From Nitrosopumilus sp. (GTDB taxonomy: Archaea; Thermoproteota; Nitrososphaeria; Nitrososphaerales; Nitrosopumilaceae), in contig CBDBLX010000002.1 of assembly GCA_965207445.1 (NCBI GenBank), positions 992,001-1,056,000 on the forward strand: DNA of 64,000 nt, written 5' to 3'. The translations under genes were made by a program, and so were the position numbers. Shown in pieces: positions 11,144 through 21,942 of this stretch. Below the pieces are notes generated by a model. It ran no database searches. It was not told where the DNA came from and was given only the letters and a program-made list of their open reading frames with translations. Numbering within the stretch: position 1 is the first letter of the stretch; each line of letters starts with the position of its first letter.

Positions 11144-11744
11144 TGCATGTACGCTACAGTGTCATCGTTTCTAACTGCCATTATCCATCTTTTGGGCTCA
11201 CCTTTGTATTCGGTCTCATCCATGATTACTGACTGTGATTTTTCTAATTCTGCCATGAAACCATCTCTTATGGGTTTTAGCATTGCAGTTTGACGGTCGT
11301 ATATATTACGAATTGTCGTATCAGAAACGTCTAGTTTGTACAGATTCTTTAAATCTTCTGAAACCATTTTAGGAGTCTTTCTGTGCGTGGATTGATATGT
11401 TACATAGCGAATTACAGAGTAATCGAACTGACCGTTTGGTGGAAGGTTATTTTTAGCTTGAAATTTTGCACCACAGTCAAGACAATTGTACTGGGCAGTT
11501 TTGTGTAGCGTTACAGTGTGAGGAACAAATTCATGTATAGAAACTATTGTCCGTTTTTATCCTTGTGGAGGTCTTGTATGTTGTTTTTACCACCACTCTG
11601 GGCAACATGTAGCAGCATGTCTCTTTTTTTCTGTTGCTTTGAATATGTGAGTACCACCATTATGCCCTAAAACACCACTTCGTTTGTTGGGTTTAGCCTT
11701 GTCTGTCTTTGCACCATTAGTGTTGTTTTTGTTTTGTGCAGATG

Positions 11745-11787
11745 TTTTTGATTTATTATTTTTTGATTTATTATTTTTTGATTTATT
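11745..11787. repeat. 15-bp tandem repeat (TTTTTGATTTATTAT, ~2.9 units) in the IS66-B pseudogene
   Basis: Direct reading of the sequence. Confidence 0.8.
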
Positions 11788-12271
11788 TGGATGTATGGCG
11801 CCCTGCTTTGATGATGGTGTATGGGCATTCTCATAATAGTTGAGCTTTGCCTCATAATTTTGTATGGTTGTATCTTTTTTTTTGACTTTGTTTTTTTATA
11901 GCAGTGTTATTCTTTTCTAGGTTTAAGTTATCTTCTTCTAATGTATTGACACGGCGCTTTAATGTATTTATAATATGATCTTTTTTCTTTAGCTCTTTAT
12001 ACTTACTATCTATTTTTGTTCAAGTTGCTGAATTTTCTTTTCATATTTTATTTTTAATTGAATATATACATAATCTGCTTTGTCTGATCTTTTTTGACTC
12101 ATGGTGTTGGTAAAAACCTTTGATCATATATGTGTATTTATTATTTCCAATGATTTAGATAGATTGATTTAAATATGAAAAATATCATAGTAAACCTAAA
12201 AATCTAAATTATTTTATTTATTCATATTCAAATTTTAAATGAATATATCAATCAGGGAGGTTGGTTCACAC

Positions 12272-12510
12272 GATATATTTAGTCCGAGATCGTCGAATCG
12301 TTTTCGTAAAACTTTATAATTTACTTGTCCTAACTCATATTGATGTTTTAGTACCTCATTTTTCATATAATACCAGAGATACTAGAATATTCCCATATAT
12401 TACACTTTCTATTTGATCTGATCAAATATGATCGTCAACGTTCAACGACATTGCGGATTATTCAAACAAAATCATATAAAACACATTGCGAACTAATGAC
12501 ATAGGCACAC
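12272..12510 (-). mobile_element. 5' end remnant of an ISH3-like element
   Basis: Reverse-complement homolog of ~58440-58667 (shares TCGTCGAATCGTTTTCGTAAAACTTTATAATTTACTTGTCCTAA); truncated exactly at the IS66-B IR. Confidence 0.75.
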
Positions 12511-12658
12511 TCGTATCGTTCATGAGCGTGCTGGTCTGAGGTGGGAAGGGGTTGAATGGTTACGTATTATGCGATAATGTGGTATATATGGATATCGTAA
12601 TAATGTATAACATCCCAATCTTTAAAAACAGTGTCATCTGACACGATAACACTACATC

Positions 12659-12901
12659 ATGACATTGAGTATCAAGATTGCAAGGGGCAAAGAATACCTG
12701 TACTTTCAGGCTGGCAAGGAGTCACTGTATATCTGCCCCAAGGACAACCCTTCAAAAGCAAAGATGGAGAACTTGACTAGGGCGCTTGAGCACACCAAGG
12801 AGAGGATGAATCACTATGCTACGTCGTACGAAGAACTTCTCCAGTTACTACCGCCCAAAGAGCGCAAACAGTATGCCACAAAATGGGTTGTGTCATCATG
12901 A
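12659..12901 (+). CDS. Small basic putative DNA-binding protein, first gene of the defence operon
   Basis: MTLSIKIARGKEYLY motif followed by a helical C-terminus. Its stop overlaps the next start (ATGA, 12898-12901). Confidence 0.65.
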   Translation: MTLSIKIARGKEYLYFQAGKESLYICPKDNPSKAKMENLTRALEHTKERMNHYATSYEELLQLLPPKERKQYATKWVVSS

Positions 12902-15900
12902 GTGGAGATCTTGTTCCGAACAAACATGTGAATATTTCCACACAGATATTGGACAATCAAAGTAACAACGTGGTGGATTACCTGTCCTCGCATCTTTCTG
13001 ACTCGACCACATTTAGAGTCGTGTCTGCATACTTTACCATACAGGGTTACGATCTCCTGGCAGACAAGCTAGACTCACTCCAGGATGTCAAGTTCCTATT
13101 CGGTGATCCTGATTCGTTGGATGATCTGGATCCGGATAAAAATGAAGACAAACGTTTCGAAATTCGAGAAACAGGACTTCACCCTTTGCATTCTTTAAAA
13201 CAAAAACCCTTGGCAAAACGATGCCATGATTGGTTATCCAAAGAATCGGTGCAGGTTCGCTCCATGGTTCATACCAATCTCCTGCACGGTAAGATGTACC
13301 TTACAGAATCTCCTACGGGAATGGCAGGTATCGTTGGAAGTTCAAACTTTACTAAGCGCGGACTTGGATCTGGTGATCTACCAAATATTGAGATCAATCT
13401 TGCAAGCAATAATTCTGATACAATAGTGCAATTACAAACGTGGTTTGATCACTTATGGAACGATCAAGAGAAAACAAAAAACGTGAAACCGGATGTGCTG
13501 GATGCATTAAAAAGGGTAGGATCTGACTACTCTCCTGAGATCATATATTACAAAACCCTCTACGAGTTATTTAAACAAGAGATAGATGATCGAAATACAC
13601 GGGATAAAACACTCAAATCCACATCCATTACAGAAAGCCAGATCTGGAATAAACTATATGCGTTTCAACAAGACGGGGTTCGTAACGTCATATCAAAACT
13701 CCAAAAACACAACGGTTGTATACTTGCTGATAATGTTGGCCTTGGTAAAACGTATACGGCGCTAGCAGTCATCAAGTATTTTGAGCAGCGCAATGAGCGT
13801 GTTTTAGTATTATGTCCACGTAAATTACACGAAAACTGGTCACTATATCAGGCGATCAACAATCATAAACAAAATCCGTTTCCCGAAGATCGATTTTCAT
13901 ATACGTTGTTGGCACACACGGATCTATCGCGTGAATCTGGCAAATCTGGTAGTGTGGACCTGGCTAATTTCAACTGGAGTAATTATGACCTTATCGTAAT
14001 TGACGAGTCACATAATTTTCGCAACAAGGCCGGCAGCAGGTATAACAAACTGCTTGATGACGCCTTCAAAACTGGCATTAACACAAAAGTCTTGATGCTC
14101 TCTGCCACACCAGTCAACACCGATCTAAGCGATCTTCATAATCAAATATCATTAATGACTGGAGGAAAGGATAATCACTTCAATGAAACACTTGATATTG
14201 GCAATATCTCCAATGTCATGATTGCTGCCAAAAAAACTTTCAACGCTTGGGCTTCTGAACTTGACAATACGGGTAACAGAAACAAAGACACACTTTTGGA
14301 CAAGTTAGATTCGGATCTCTTTAGACTTCTAAATGCAACATCCATTGCACGCTCTCGCAAGCACATAAAGCAGTTCTATGCTGATGAACTTACTCGAATT
14401 GGGGCCTTTCCAAACAGGGACAAACCTGACAATAGATCTCCTAAAACAGATTTGAGTGAAAAACTGTCTTATGAAGAACTCGCAGAGAACATAAATGACT
14501 TTCATCTGTCATTGTACAAACCCAGCCACTACCTAATTAACAAGGAAAAGATTGACGATCTGGAAGAAAAAAGAAAAAAGCAGCACTTTAACCAACTTGA
14601 CAGCGAAAAGTTTCTGATAGGCATGATGAGAACCAATTTCCTCAAACGGCTTGAGAGCTCTGCTCATTCGTTGACATTGACCTTGAATCGTACTATCTGC
14701 AAGATGGACATACTTTTGGACAAAATCGACAGAGGTGTCAAGATCTCTGATAGTGATATTCAACCTGATGATATTGACGATGAGAATGATGATTTTATTA
14801 TCAGTAGGGAACACATCTCCTATCGCTTCGATGAGCTTGACTTGGTGCAATGGAAACAAGATCTTAAACGAGATAGGCGTGTACTGTCCAACGTGTTGCG
14901 TCAAGTTGAAACAGTTACTCCTGATCGGGATGGAAAATTGGTAGCAATCATGGGCGACATTCAAAGCAAAGTGCAAAATCTAACATATAACAAAGACGGA
15001 AAACCGAATAAAAAAATATTGGTATTTACCACCTTTAAGGATACTGCCAAATACCTGTACAAGGAGCTTGAAGGACTCTCAACTAAACTAAACATCAAAA
15101 TGGCTATGGTATCTGGAGATGAAACGCACACTCAAGTTGGGAAAAATAACTTTAATGAGATATTAAGTAATTTTGCACCTGTTGCACATAGTCGTTCAAA
15201 CAACGAAATGCCTGAAATTGATCTCCTTATTGCAACTGACTGTCTTTCAGAGGGACAGAATCTGCAAGATTGCGACACTGTCTTAAATTATGACATACAT
15301 TGGAATCCAGTGAGGTTAATACAGCGTTTTGGCCGCATTGATCGCATTGGTAGTAGAAACTCTCTTGTACGTATGATAAACTACTGGCCTACTAAAGATA
15401 TGGATGTCTACCTTAGGCTAGGACCCAGAGTTTCTTCGCGCATGGCAATGGTGGATATCACTGCAACCGGTGACTATGATCCACTTGATGACTCACATGA
15501 GGGGCAAGGGACGACTCGCAACTTTCGAGATGCTCAACTCTTACATCTCATGGATGAGATTATAGACTTGGATGATGATAGTAACGAAATTGGTTTAGGG
15601 GACTTTATAATCGAGGATTTTCTTGCCCAGTTGATGCATTACTTGGAGAAGAACCGAGCTCGATTGGAACAAATGCCGCGGGGTGTTTATGCAGTCACAA
15701 AACGTGACACACAAACTAAGACAGGCGTAATATTCTTTCTAAATCAACGTAATGCCGGATCAAAACAGAATCGGCATGTGGCTAGTCCCGTACACCCGTA
15801 TTATTTTGTGTACTTGTATAATGATGGCACCATACGCTATGGATGTTCCAGCGCCAAGCAAATCTTGACACTGTTTCAAACTCTATCAGTAGGGCGGACT

Positions 15901-16137
15901 GAACCCATTCAAGATCTTTGTGATGCTTTTGACAATTCTATTGAACATGGCAAAAACATGGAGCAGTACAATAAGTTACTCGATATCGTAATATCTCACA
16001 TTCGGCAATCTAACAAAAGCAGGCAAAGTCGAGGACTTGGACTAAATGGATCTGCAGACTTTGTTGTACCAAAACTGTCGGAATCCCCCAGAAGTGCCTT
16101 GGACTTTGAACTAATTACATGGCTTGTAATTGTGTGA
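12898..16137 (+). CDS. PLD (HKD)-family nuclease fused to a SNF2-type SF2 helicase
   Basis: PLD motif LHGKMYL...GIVGSSNFT. Helicase motifs LADNVGLGKT, IDESHNFRN, LSATP, LVFTTFKDTA, IATDCLSEGQNLQ and NYDIHWNPVRLIQRFGRIDR. Confidence 0.92.
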   Translation: MSGDLVPNKHVNISTQILDNQSNNVVDYLSSHLSDSTTFRVVSAYFTIQGYDLLADKLDSLQDVKFLFGDPDSLDDLDPDKNEDKRFEIRETGLHPLHSLKQKPLAKRCHDWLSKESVQVRSMVHTNLLHGKMYLTESPTGMAGIVGSSNFTKRGLGSGDLPNIEINLASNNSDTIVQLQTWFDHLWNDQEKTKNVKPDVLDALKRVGSDYSPEIIYYKTLYELFKQEIDDRNTRDKTLKSTSITESQIWNKLYAFQQDGVRNVISKLQKHNGCILADNVGLGKTYTALAVIKYFEQRNERVLVLCPRKLHENWSLYQAINNHKQNPFPEDRFSYTLLAHTDLSRESGKSGSVDLANFNWSNYDLIVIDESHNFRNKAGSRYNKLLDDAFKTGINTKVLMLSATPVNTDLSDLHNQISLMTGGKDNHFNETLDIGNISNVMIAAKKTFNAWASELDNTGNRNKDTLLDKLDSDLFRLLNATSIARSRKHIKQFYADELTRIGAFPNRDKPDNRSPKTDLSEKLSYEELAENINDFHLSLYKPSHYLINKEKIDDLEEKRKKQHFNQLDSEKFLIGMMRTNFLKRLESSAHSLTLTLNRTICKMDILLDKIDRGVKISDSDIQPDDIDDENDDFIISREHISYRFDELDLVQWKQDLKRDRRVLSNVLRQVETVTPDRDGKLVAIMGDIQSKVQNLTYNKDGKPNKKILVFTTFKDTAKYLYKELEGLSTKLNIKMAMVSGDETHTQVGKNNFNEILSNFAPVAHSRSNNEMPEIDLLIATDCLSEGQNLQDCDTVLNYDIHWNPVRLIQRFGRIDRIGSRNSLVRMINYWPTKDMDVYLRLGPRVSSRMAMVDITATGDYDPLDDSHEGQGTTRNFRDAQLLHLMDEIIDLDDDSNEIGLGDFIIEDFLAQLMHYLEKNRARLEQMPRGVYAVTKRDTQTKTGVIFFLNQRNAGSKQNRHVASPVHPYYFVYLYNDGTIRYGCSSAKQILTLFQTLSVGRTEPIQDLCDAFDNSIEHGKNMEQYNKLLDIVISHIRQSNKSRQSRGLGLNGSADFVVPKLSESPRSALDFELITWLVIV

Positions 16138-18205
16138 GGTGGGTTGATTTGATGACCGATAACAAAACCCGTATTCGGCAATCATTATTATCCCTTTCCG
16201 TAGGTGATTTTGGACATCGAGTAACTGAGCTATTGAATACATTGGGATACAAAAGTGATCGCATAGTCCATGACCGATTTGTCAGCGCATTGGAATTTAT
16301 TAATGAATACAGCGCAGATCAACCAACACAGTATGAAGAATTATTTCTTTTAGAAGTTAAATCCGTACGTGTACTATTTCAACTGACTGATGCTGAAATT
16401 GATGTGGAGCAAACTAAATTGCTTAATGAAAACATCTTTGATTCGGGAAAAACAAAAAGCTTTGTATTTGTTGCCGTTCAGTTGACATCTCACAAATATG
16501 CACGGGGCCAGTATGCATCATTTACTAGAGAAATAAACAAGCGATTTAACATGCCGGTGGTTGTACTGTTTAAGACACTTGGTGATCTTTATACTATATC
16601 TTTTGTACATCGACGTGAAAATCTACGTGATCAAACTCGTCATGTTCTAGGACCCATTTCTTTAATTCGTGAAATTAAAGCTAAAGATCCCAACCGCGCA
16701 CACATTGACATACTTGAGGCCTTGATGATGGATGCGCGTCTCAAGTGGATGGATGATAATGACAAGCAAAAAAATTTTGATGGTCTGCTAAAATCCTGGT
16801 TGAGTGCACTTGATGTTGAAGAACTCAACAAGAGGTTTTATTGTGACTTGTTTGAATGGTTCTTGCATGCAGTCAATCACAGTAAACTTCCAAAGTCAAA
16901 TATAAAATCTTTAAAACCTGAAGAGCATACACTTCGTCTCATTACTAGACTACTTTTCATATGGTTCATCAAACAGAAAGGATTGGTTGCTGATGACTTA
17001 TTTAACGAAAACAGAATTCGAACATTGTTAAAAAATTATGATAGTAAAGATGGTGACTCATACTATCGTGTAATTCTACAAAATTTGTTTTTTGCTACAC
17101 TTAATACAAAAATCAGTGATCGTAATTTTAATGATAGTCCCAACGATGCATTATCTTATCATTTTAAAAATGAAATGGAAGATCCTAAAGCTCTTCAAAC
17201 TCTGTTTAACAAAACTCCTTTTATCAACGGCGGATTATTTGATTGCTTAGATGATGATTCCGATCTTGTTGATTATTTTGTAACTGATCCTGAAAAGAGA
17301 AGTGTTTATTCCATCCCAAATTTTCTCTTCTTTAATTCTGGTGTGGGGGGATACAAAATGGCAAAAAACCACAACAAAAATTCCATACCGGGTTTATTTA
17401 CAATATTCGGTAAATATCATTTTACTGTTGAAGAGAACACTCCTCTGGAACAGGAAGTTGCACTTGATCCAGAACTAATTGGTAAAGTTTTTGAAAATTT
17501 ACTTGCTGCATATAATCCTGAAACACGTGAAACTGTACGAAATCAAACTGGATCTTACTATACTCCTAGAAAAATTGTTGATTATATGGTGGATGAATCA
17601 TTATGCACAGTTCTTACAGATAAGGTAACAAAACTAATGGAAAAAAATACCGTAAACGCATCTATGAAATTATCTGAGAAACAAATCACTGTGTTAGGTG
17701 ACAAAATACGTGCGCTGTTGGGTTATTCGTTTAATGTAACTAATTCGAAATTAAATAATTTAGAATGTAAACATATTGTTCACGTTATTTCTAAAATTAA
17801 AATAATTGATCCTGCCGTGGGTTCTGGTGCATTTCCAATGGCCGTATTGAACAAATTGACACTTATCTTGAACCGTGTTGATCCTGATAATGTATTGTGG
17901 GAACGATTACAACGCGATATGACTAAGGAGCGAATCAAAGATGTCTTTGAATACGAAGATGAAAAACTACGTGAGACTCAATTAAAACATATCAACACCG
18001 TTTTTGAAAAATATCGAAATAATTTTGGACGCAAACTTTGTTTAATTCAAAATAATATTTATGGAGTAGACATTCAACCCATTGCTATTCAAATAGCTAA
18101 ACTCAGATTTTTTATATCGTTAGCAATTGAGCAAGACCCAACTGCAAATCCCAGTACTAATTATGGTATACATCCACTACCAAATTTGGAAACAAGATTT
18201 GTCGC

Positions 18206-20334
18206 GTAACAGTTCAACCCCTATTTTGTAAGTAGGCATACAGATACAGCAATAGCGATCACCGATCATTATTGTGATCGAATTTACGTAAATCTAAATG
18301 ATAAACACGATGATATGTGAGAAAGTGCCCAAAATGTTGAAAACACGTTTGATTATTTTTTGCATCTAGGCAGGAAATTACTCAGCTAATTGATCTGTGG
18401 TCAGCTTTTGACATTGCGGGGTGTTAAATACATAGTTTTTTACTTACCATTGATACCAAAATGGTAAGTAGAAAACTTAATGATATTGTATTGCAAAAAC
18501 AGTATTTAGACTATTTTAATCACAATAATGAAAATTTACATAATTGTGTACAGTGTGTGCTCAAACACAGTTGTGCGGTGAGTAGCAAAATCATCAGAGG
18601 TGGTGTGTTGCAATGATCTCAGAGATGACCACACTGCGCAAAGAAATTCATACATTGCACTCACAGTTGGATTCTGCAAATGATACGATACGCAACAATT
18701 CTGCTGAATTAGAGAAGAGTCATCTAGAGACGGCTACTGCGCGAGCAGAGATTGCGGTATTAGAAGAGAAATACTCCAAAATGTCTGCCAAAAACAAGCA
18801 GCTTGAGGATACAATAAAGCAACAGCAACAGCAACACAATTGCAGTCAGGAATGCATAGTTTTGAGAGAAGAGAATGTACAACTAAAACAACAACTCCAA
18901 CAAAAAACCAGACAACACCACCGTGTTGATAATGCCCACACACCTCCCTCTGCAGGAAGCGACTCACAAAATAAACTCAAAAATTACAGACGCGAACATG
19001 CAGAACGCTGTTACTTGGAATATGGAATAGTTATGGAAGCCATTACTAATTCTGACAATTATGTACTCGAAAATGTAATTGCACATGAAACCAACGACAA
19101 AGCGGTTAGAAAAGGAGTCAGTCTAATCCTGTATGGGTTAGAAGATAAGACAAAAGGAAAAAAATGGAATGAAGGTGAGGGAGAGGAGAAAACAACCATA
19201 TATGATATGGACGTCACAGAGGAAATTGACTATACAGTAGACAAATGCCCCGAATGTGGTGCAGATGTAGATGTTAAACACGAATGCAAGATGGTAATAG
19301 ACACTCCAAAAATAGTCAAAGCCACAAAAAAACGGATTAAATCATCAAAAGGCAAGTGCAAAAACAACCACAAAATAAACACCATGCCCAAAGGATATAC
19401 CAAAGGCTCAATGTTTGGCCCCAATCTCATGACCATGATCGTATTCATGTTCTTTACAACACTCAGTCTAAACTCCATATCACACATGCTAACGCTAGTC
19501 GGCGTTCCAAAGGTCTCAAAGGTGACCATAATGAACGCTCTTACAGCAGTAGCAAGAGAAAAGTTTGCAGCAACTGCAAAACAGATCTCAAAAAATCTTG
19601 CAAAAACAAGATATTTGATGGGTGATGAAACGCCAGTCAAAATAGGCATAAAACGTGGCTATGCGTGGGTGTTCATAGGCGAATATGGCATCAGTTTTGT
19701 CATTACTCGCTCACGTGGTGCGGCTGTATTAGATATACACTGTCCGTTATTTGACATTCCAATCGTGGTGGATGGATACGCCGCATACAACAAATTCAAA
19801 ACCAAACAGCGCTGCTGGGCGCATGTTTTGCGCGATGCCGAACTGCTGGCAGCCATGCAAGGCGGCAATCTCGTAGAATTACACCAAAAACTCCAACACA
19901 TATTTCACGAGGCCAAACAGCTACCCCCAGACACCACAGATCAACAACTGCAAGACAACTGGATAGATCCCGTCATGGCAATTGCAGGCACATATACAGA
20001 ACTGGGATACTCGTTTGGTGGTAAACTACTCAATGCGGCGCCAGACCTGTTTACATTTGTCAAATATCCGGGCATGCCACCTACCAACAACAAATCCGAA
20101 CGAACACTTCGACGCGTCGTGATTCACAAAAAGATTCGTCAGATGTTTCGCAGTACAACAGGAATGGAGGTTTATGGTATATTGATGTCATGTATGATGA
20201 CGTGGTATGATCAGGACAAGGATCTTGTAAAGAACATCTATGACACCATCATGGCAAGCTAAATCATTCACCAAACTTCATCGCATAGCGGTAGATGTGT
20301 GTTGAGGTGTACAGGTAGGGGGTTTAACTGTTAC
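18206..20334 (+). mobile_element. Intact single-ORF IS66-family element (type A), 2,129 bp
   Basis: IR GTAACAGTTCAACCCC / GGGGTTTAACTGTTAC; perfect 9-bp TSD ATTTGTCGC (18197-18205 / 20335-20343). Confidence 0.96.
18613..20262 (+). CDS. IS66-family transposase
   Basis: N-terminal coiled coil, TPPS, CPECG zinc finger, GSMFGPNL, MGDETP, VVDGYAAY, QRCWAHVLR and PPTNNKSERTLR. Confidence 0.95.
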   Translation: MISEMTTLRKEIHTLHSQLDSANDTIRNNSAELEKSHLETATARAEIAVLEEKYSKMSAKNKQLEDTIKQQQQQHNCSQECIVLREENVQLKQQLQQKTRQHHRVDNAHTPPSAGSDSQNKLKNYRREHAERCYLEYGIVMEAITNSDNYVLENVIAHETNDKAVRKGVSLILYGLEDKTKGKKWNEGEGEEKTTIYDMDVTEEIDYTVDKCPECGADVDVKHECKMVIDTPKIVKATKKRIKSSKGKCKNNHKINTMPKGYTKGSMFGPNLMTMIVFMFFTTLSLNSISHMLTLVGVPKVSKVTIMNALTAVAREKFAATAKQISKNLAKTRYLMGDETPVKIGIKRGYAWVFIGEYGISFVITRSRGAAVLDIHCPLFDIPIVVDGYAAYNKFKTKQRCWAHVLRDAELLAAMQGGNLVELHQKLQHIFHEAKQLPPDTTDQQLQDNWIDPVMAIAGTYTELGYSFGGKLLNAAPDLFTFVKYPGMPPTNNKSERTLRRVVIHKKIRQMFRSTTGMEVYGILMSCMMTWYDQDKDLVKNIYDTIMAS

Positions 20335-21942
20335 ATTTGTCGCAGCAGATACACTTATACCTCTCACCAATTTTCAAAAATACACTCAAGAAACACTCGG
20401 TCAAACTGACGAAATAAAAAAATTAGAAAAACTTCTTCTAAATAACCGTGAACAATATTTTCATGCCAACACTAGTGAATTGAAATTAAAATATAAAAAA
20501 TGTGATATGGAGTTACGTGAGAATCTTATATCTGTCTTAACTTCTGAAAATAAAAAAACAGGATATTTAGAAAAAATTATTCAATGGAATCCCTACAATC
20601 AAAATGAAACTGCAAATTGGTTTGATATTAAATATATGTTCGGAACACATGATGGATTTGATTTGGTGATTGGCAATCCACCATACATATCACTTACAAG
20701 TGAAAATGGTAAGTTGAGGCAACGTTATAGTCATATAAATTATCAAACATTTTCTAGCCGCGGTGACATATATCAATTGTTTTTTGAATGTGGTTGTAAT
20801 ATGCTCACTCATGATGGAATATTGACCTTTATTACATCGAACAGTTGGCTAAAAACCGAATATGGTAAGCGCACGCGTGCATTTTTTCCAAAATATTATA
20901 CCCCATTGTGGTTAATTGAATTAGGAAAAGATGTATTTGAAAGTGCAATTGTTGATTCGTGTATATTTTCTTTATCTGCGAGATCTATGGATGCGTCTGT
21001 ATCGTTTAAGGCTGTGGATCTCGATACTCAAATTGATTATATTTCTAACTTAACAGTTTGGAAGCGAATTCTTATTCTTGGTGATTCTCCGTGGTGTATA
21101 TTATCTGATCCTGAGCAACGTATCGTAAACAAAATTTGCTCTAAAGGAACCCCATTGAATGCTTGGAACGTAACTGCTAACATGGGCATTGTCACAGGCC
21201 ATAATGATGCGTTCATTATTAACACAGAAATAAAAAATAAATTAATTCAATCCGATTCAAAATCTATTAATATTTTAAAACCCATGTTACGTGGCAAGGA
21301 TATTGATCGTTTTTCTCCAAAATGGAAAGATCTTTGGTTAATTGACACCCATAATGGTTATGATGACGTTGACTCAGTAGATGTTAAAAAGTATCCAGCT
21401 ATTATGGAACATTTTAAACAAAAACATTTGTATCCTAAATTAAAAAAACGATCTGATCAAGGAAAAACTGTGTATAATTTGCGTGATTGTGCATATCATG
21501 AAAAATTTAAAAGTGAAAAACTGTTTTGGGCCGATATGACATCTATGGGCCGATTTGCTTATTCTGATACGGAAACCTATTGTAACAGTAAAGGTTACAT
21601 AATGGTTGGAGAGTCTTTAAAGTATCTGTGTGCAGTTCTTAACAGTATGTTGATTGCATGGTACATACAAAACACCGCCGCTACTACTGGTATGGGACTT
21701 ACAGAATGGACGGTTGTGACGGTTAAACGCATACCAATTCCAAAAATCTCAATCGAGTTACAACGTCCATTTGTATCACTAGTTGATAAAATTATTAAAA
21801 TAAAGTCTACCAATCCTGATGCAGACACACGCGAATATGAGAACCAAATAGATCTATTGGTCTATAAATTATATCAATTATCTGATGATGAAATTAATAT
21901 TGTTGATCATGATTTTTTAAATAAAAAATGATTGTGCAATAA

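Larger units (their letters stand above)
10376..12271 (-). mobile_element. Degenerate single-ORF IS66-family element (type B), copy 1
   Basis: Perfect 14-bp IR GTGTGAACCAACCT / AGGTTGGTTCACAC. Transposase fragments (MDETEY; QRYTQHIVRE; TTNLGEQSMKP) are broken by frameshifts and a 109-bp insertion. No TSD. Confidence 0.9.
16152..21931 (+). pseudogene. Eco57I/Type IIG-like N6-adenine DNA methyltransferase with TaqI-like C-terminal specificity domain, split by IS66
   Basis: The 5' part (16152-18205) has GSYYTP, IIDPAVGSGAF and IYGVDIQ; the 3' part (20344-21931) has FDLVIGNPPY. Removing the IS and one TSD copy gives a continuous 1,213-aa frame (LPNLETRFVA-ADTLIPL). Confidence 0.93.

Noticed and set aside
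12898..21931. Complete DISARM or BREX system
   Set aside because: No DrmA/DrmB, PglZ or BrxC-like genes are recognisable.
16119..21931. Two separate genes (696 aa and 483 aa), as in the ORF track
   Set aside because: They are halves of one MTase gene split by IS66, and they rejoin in frame.
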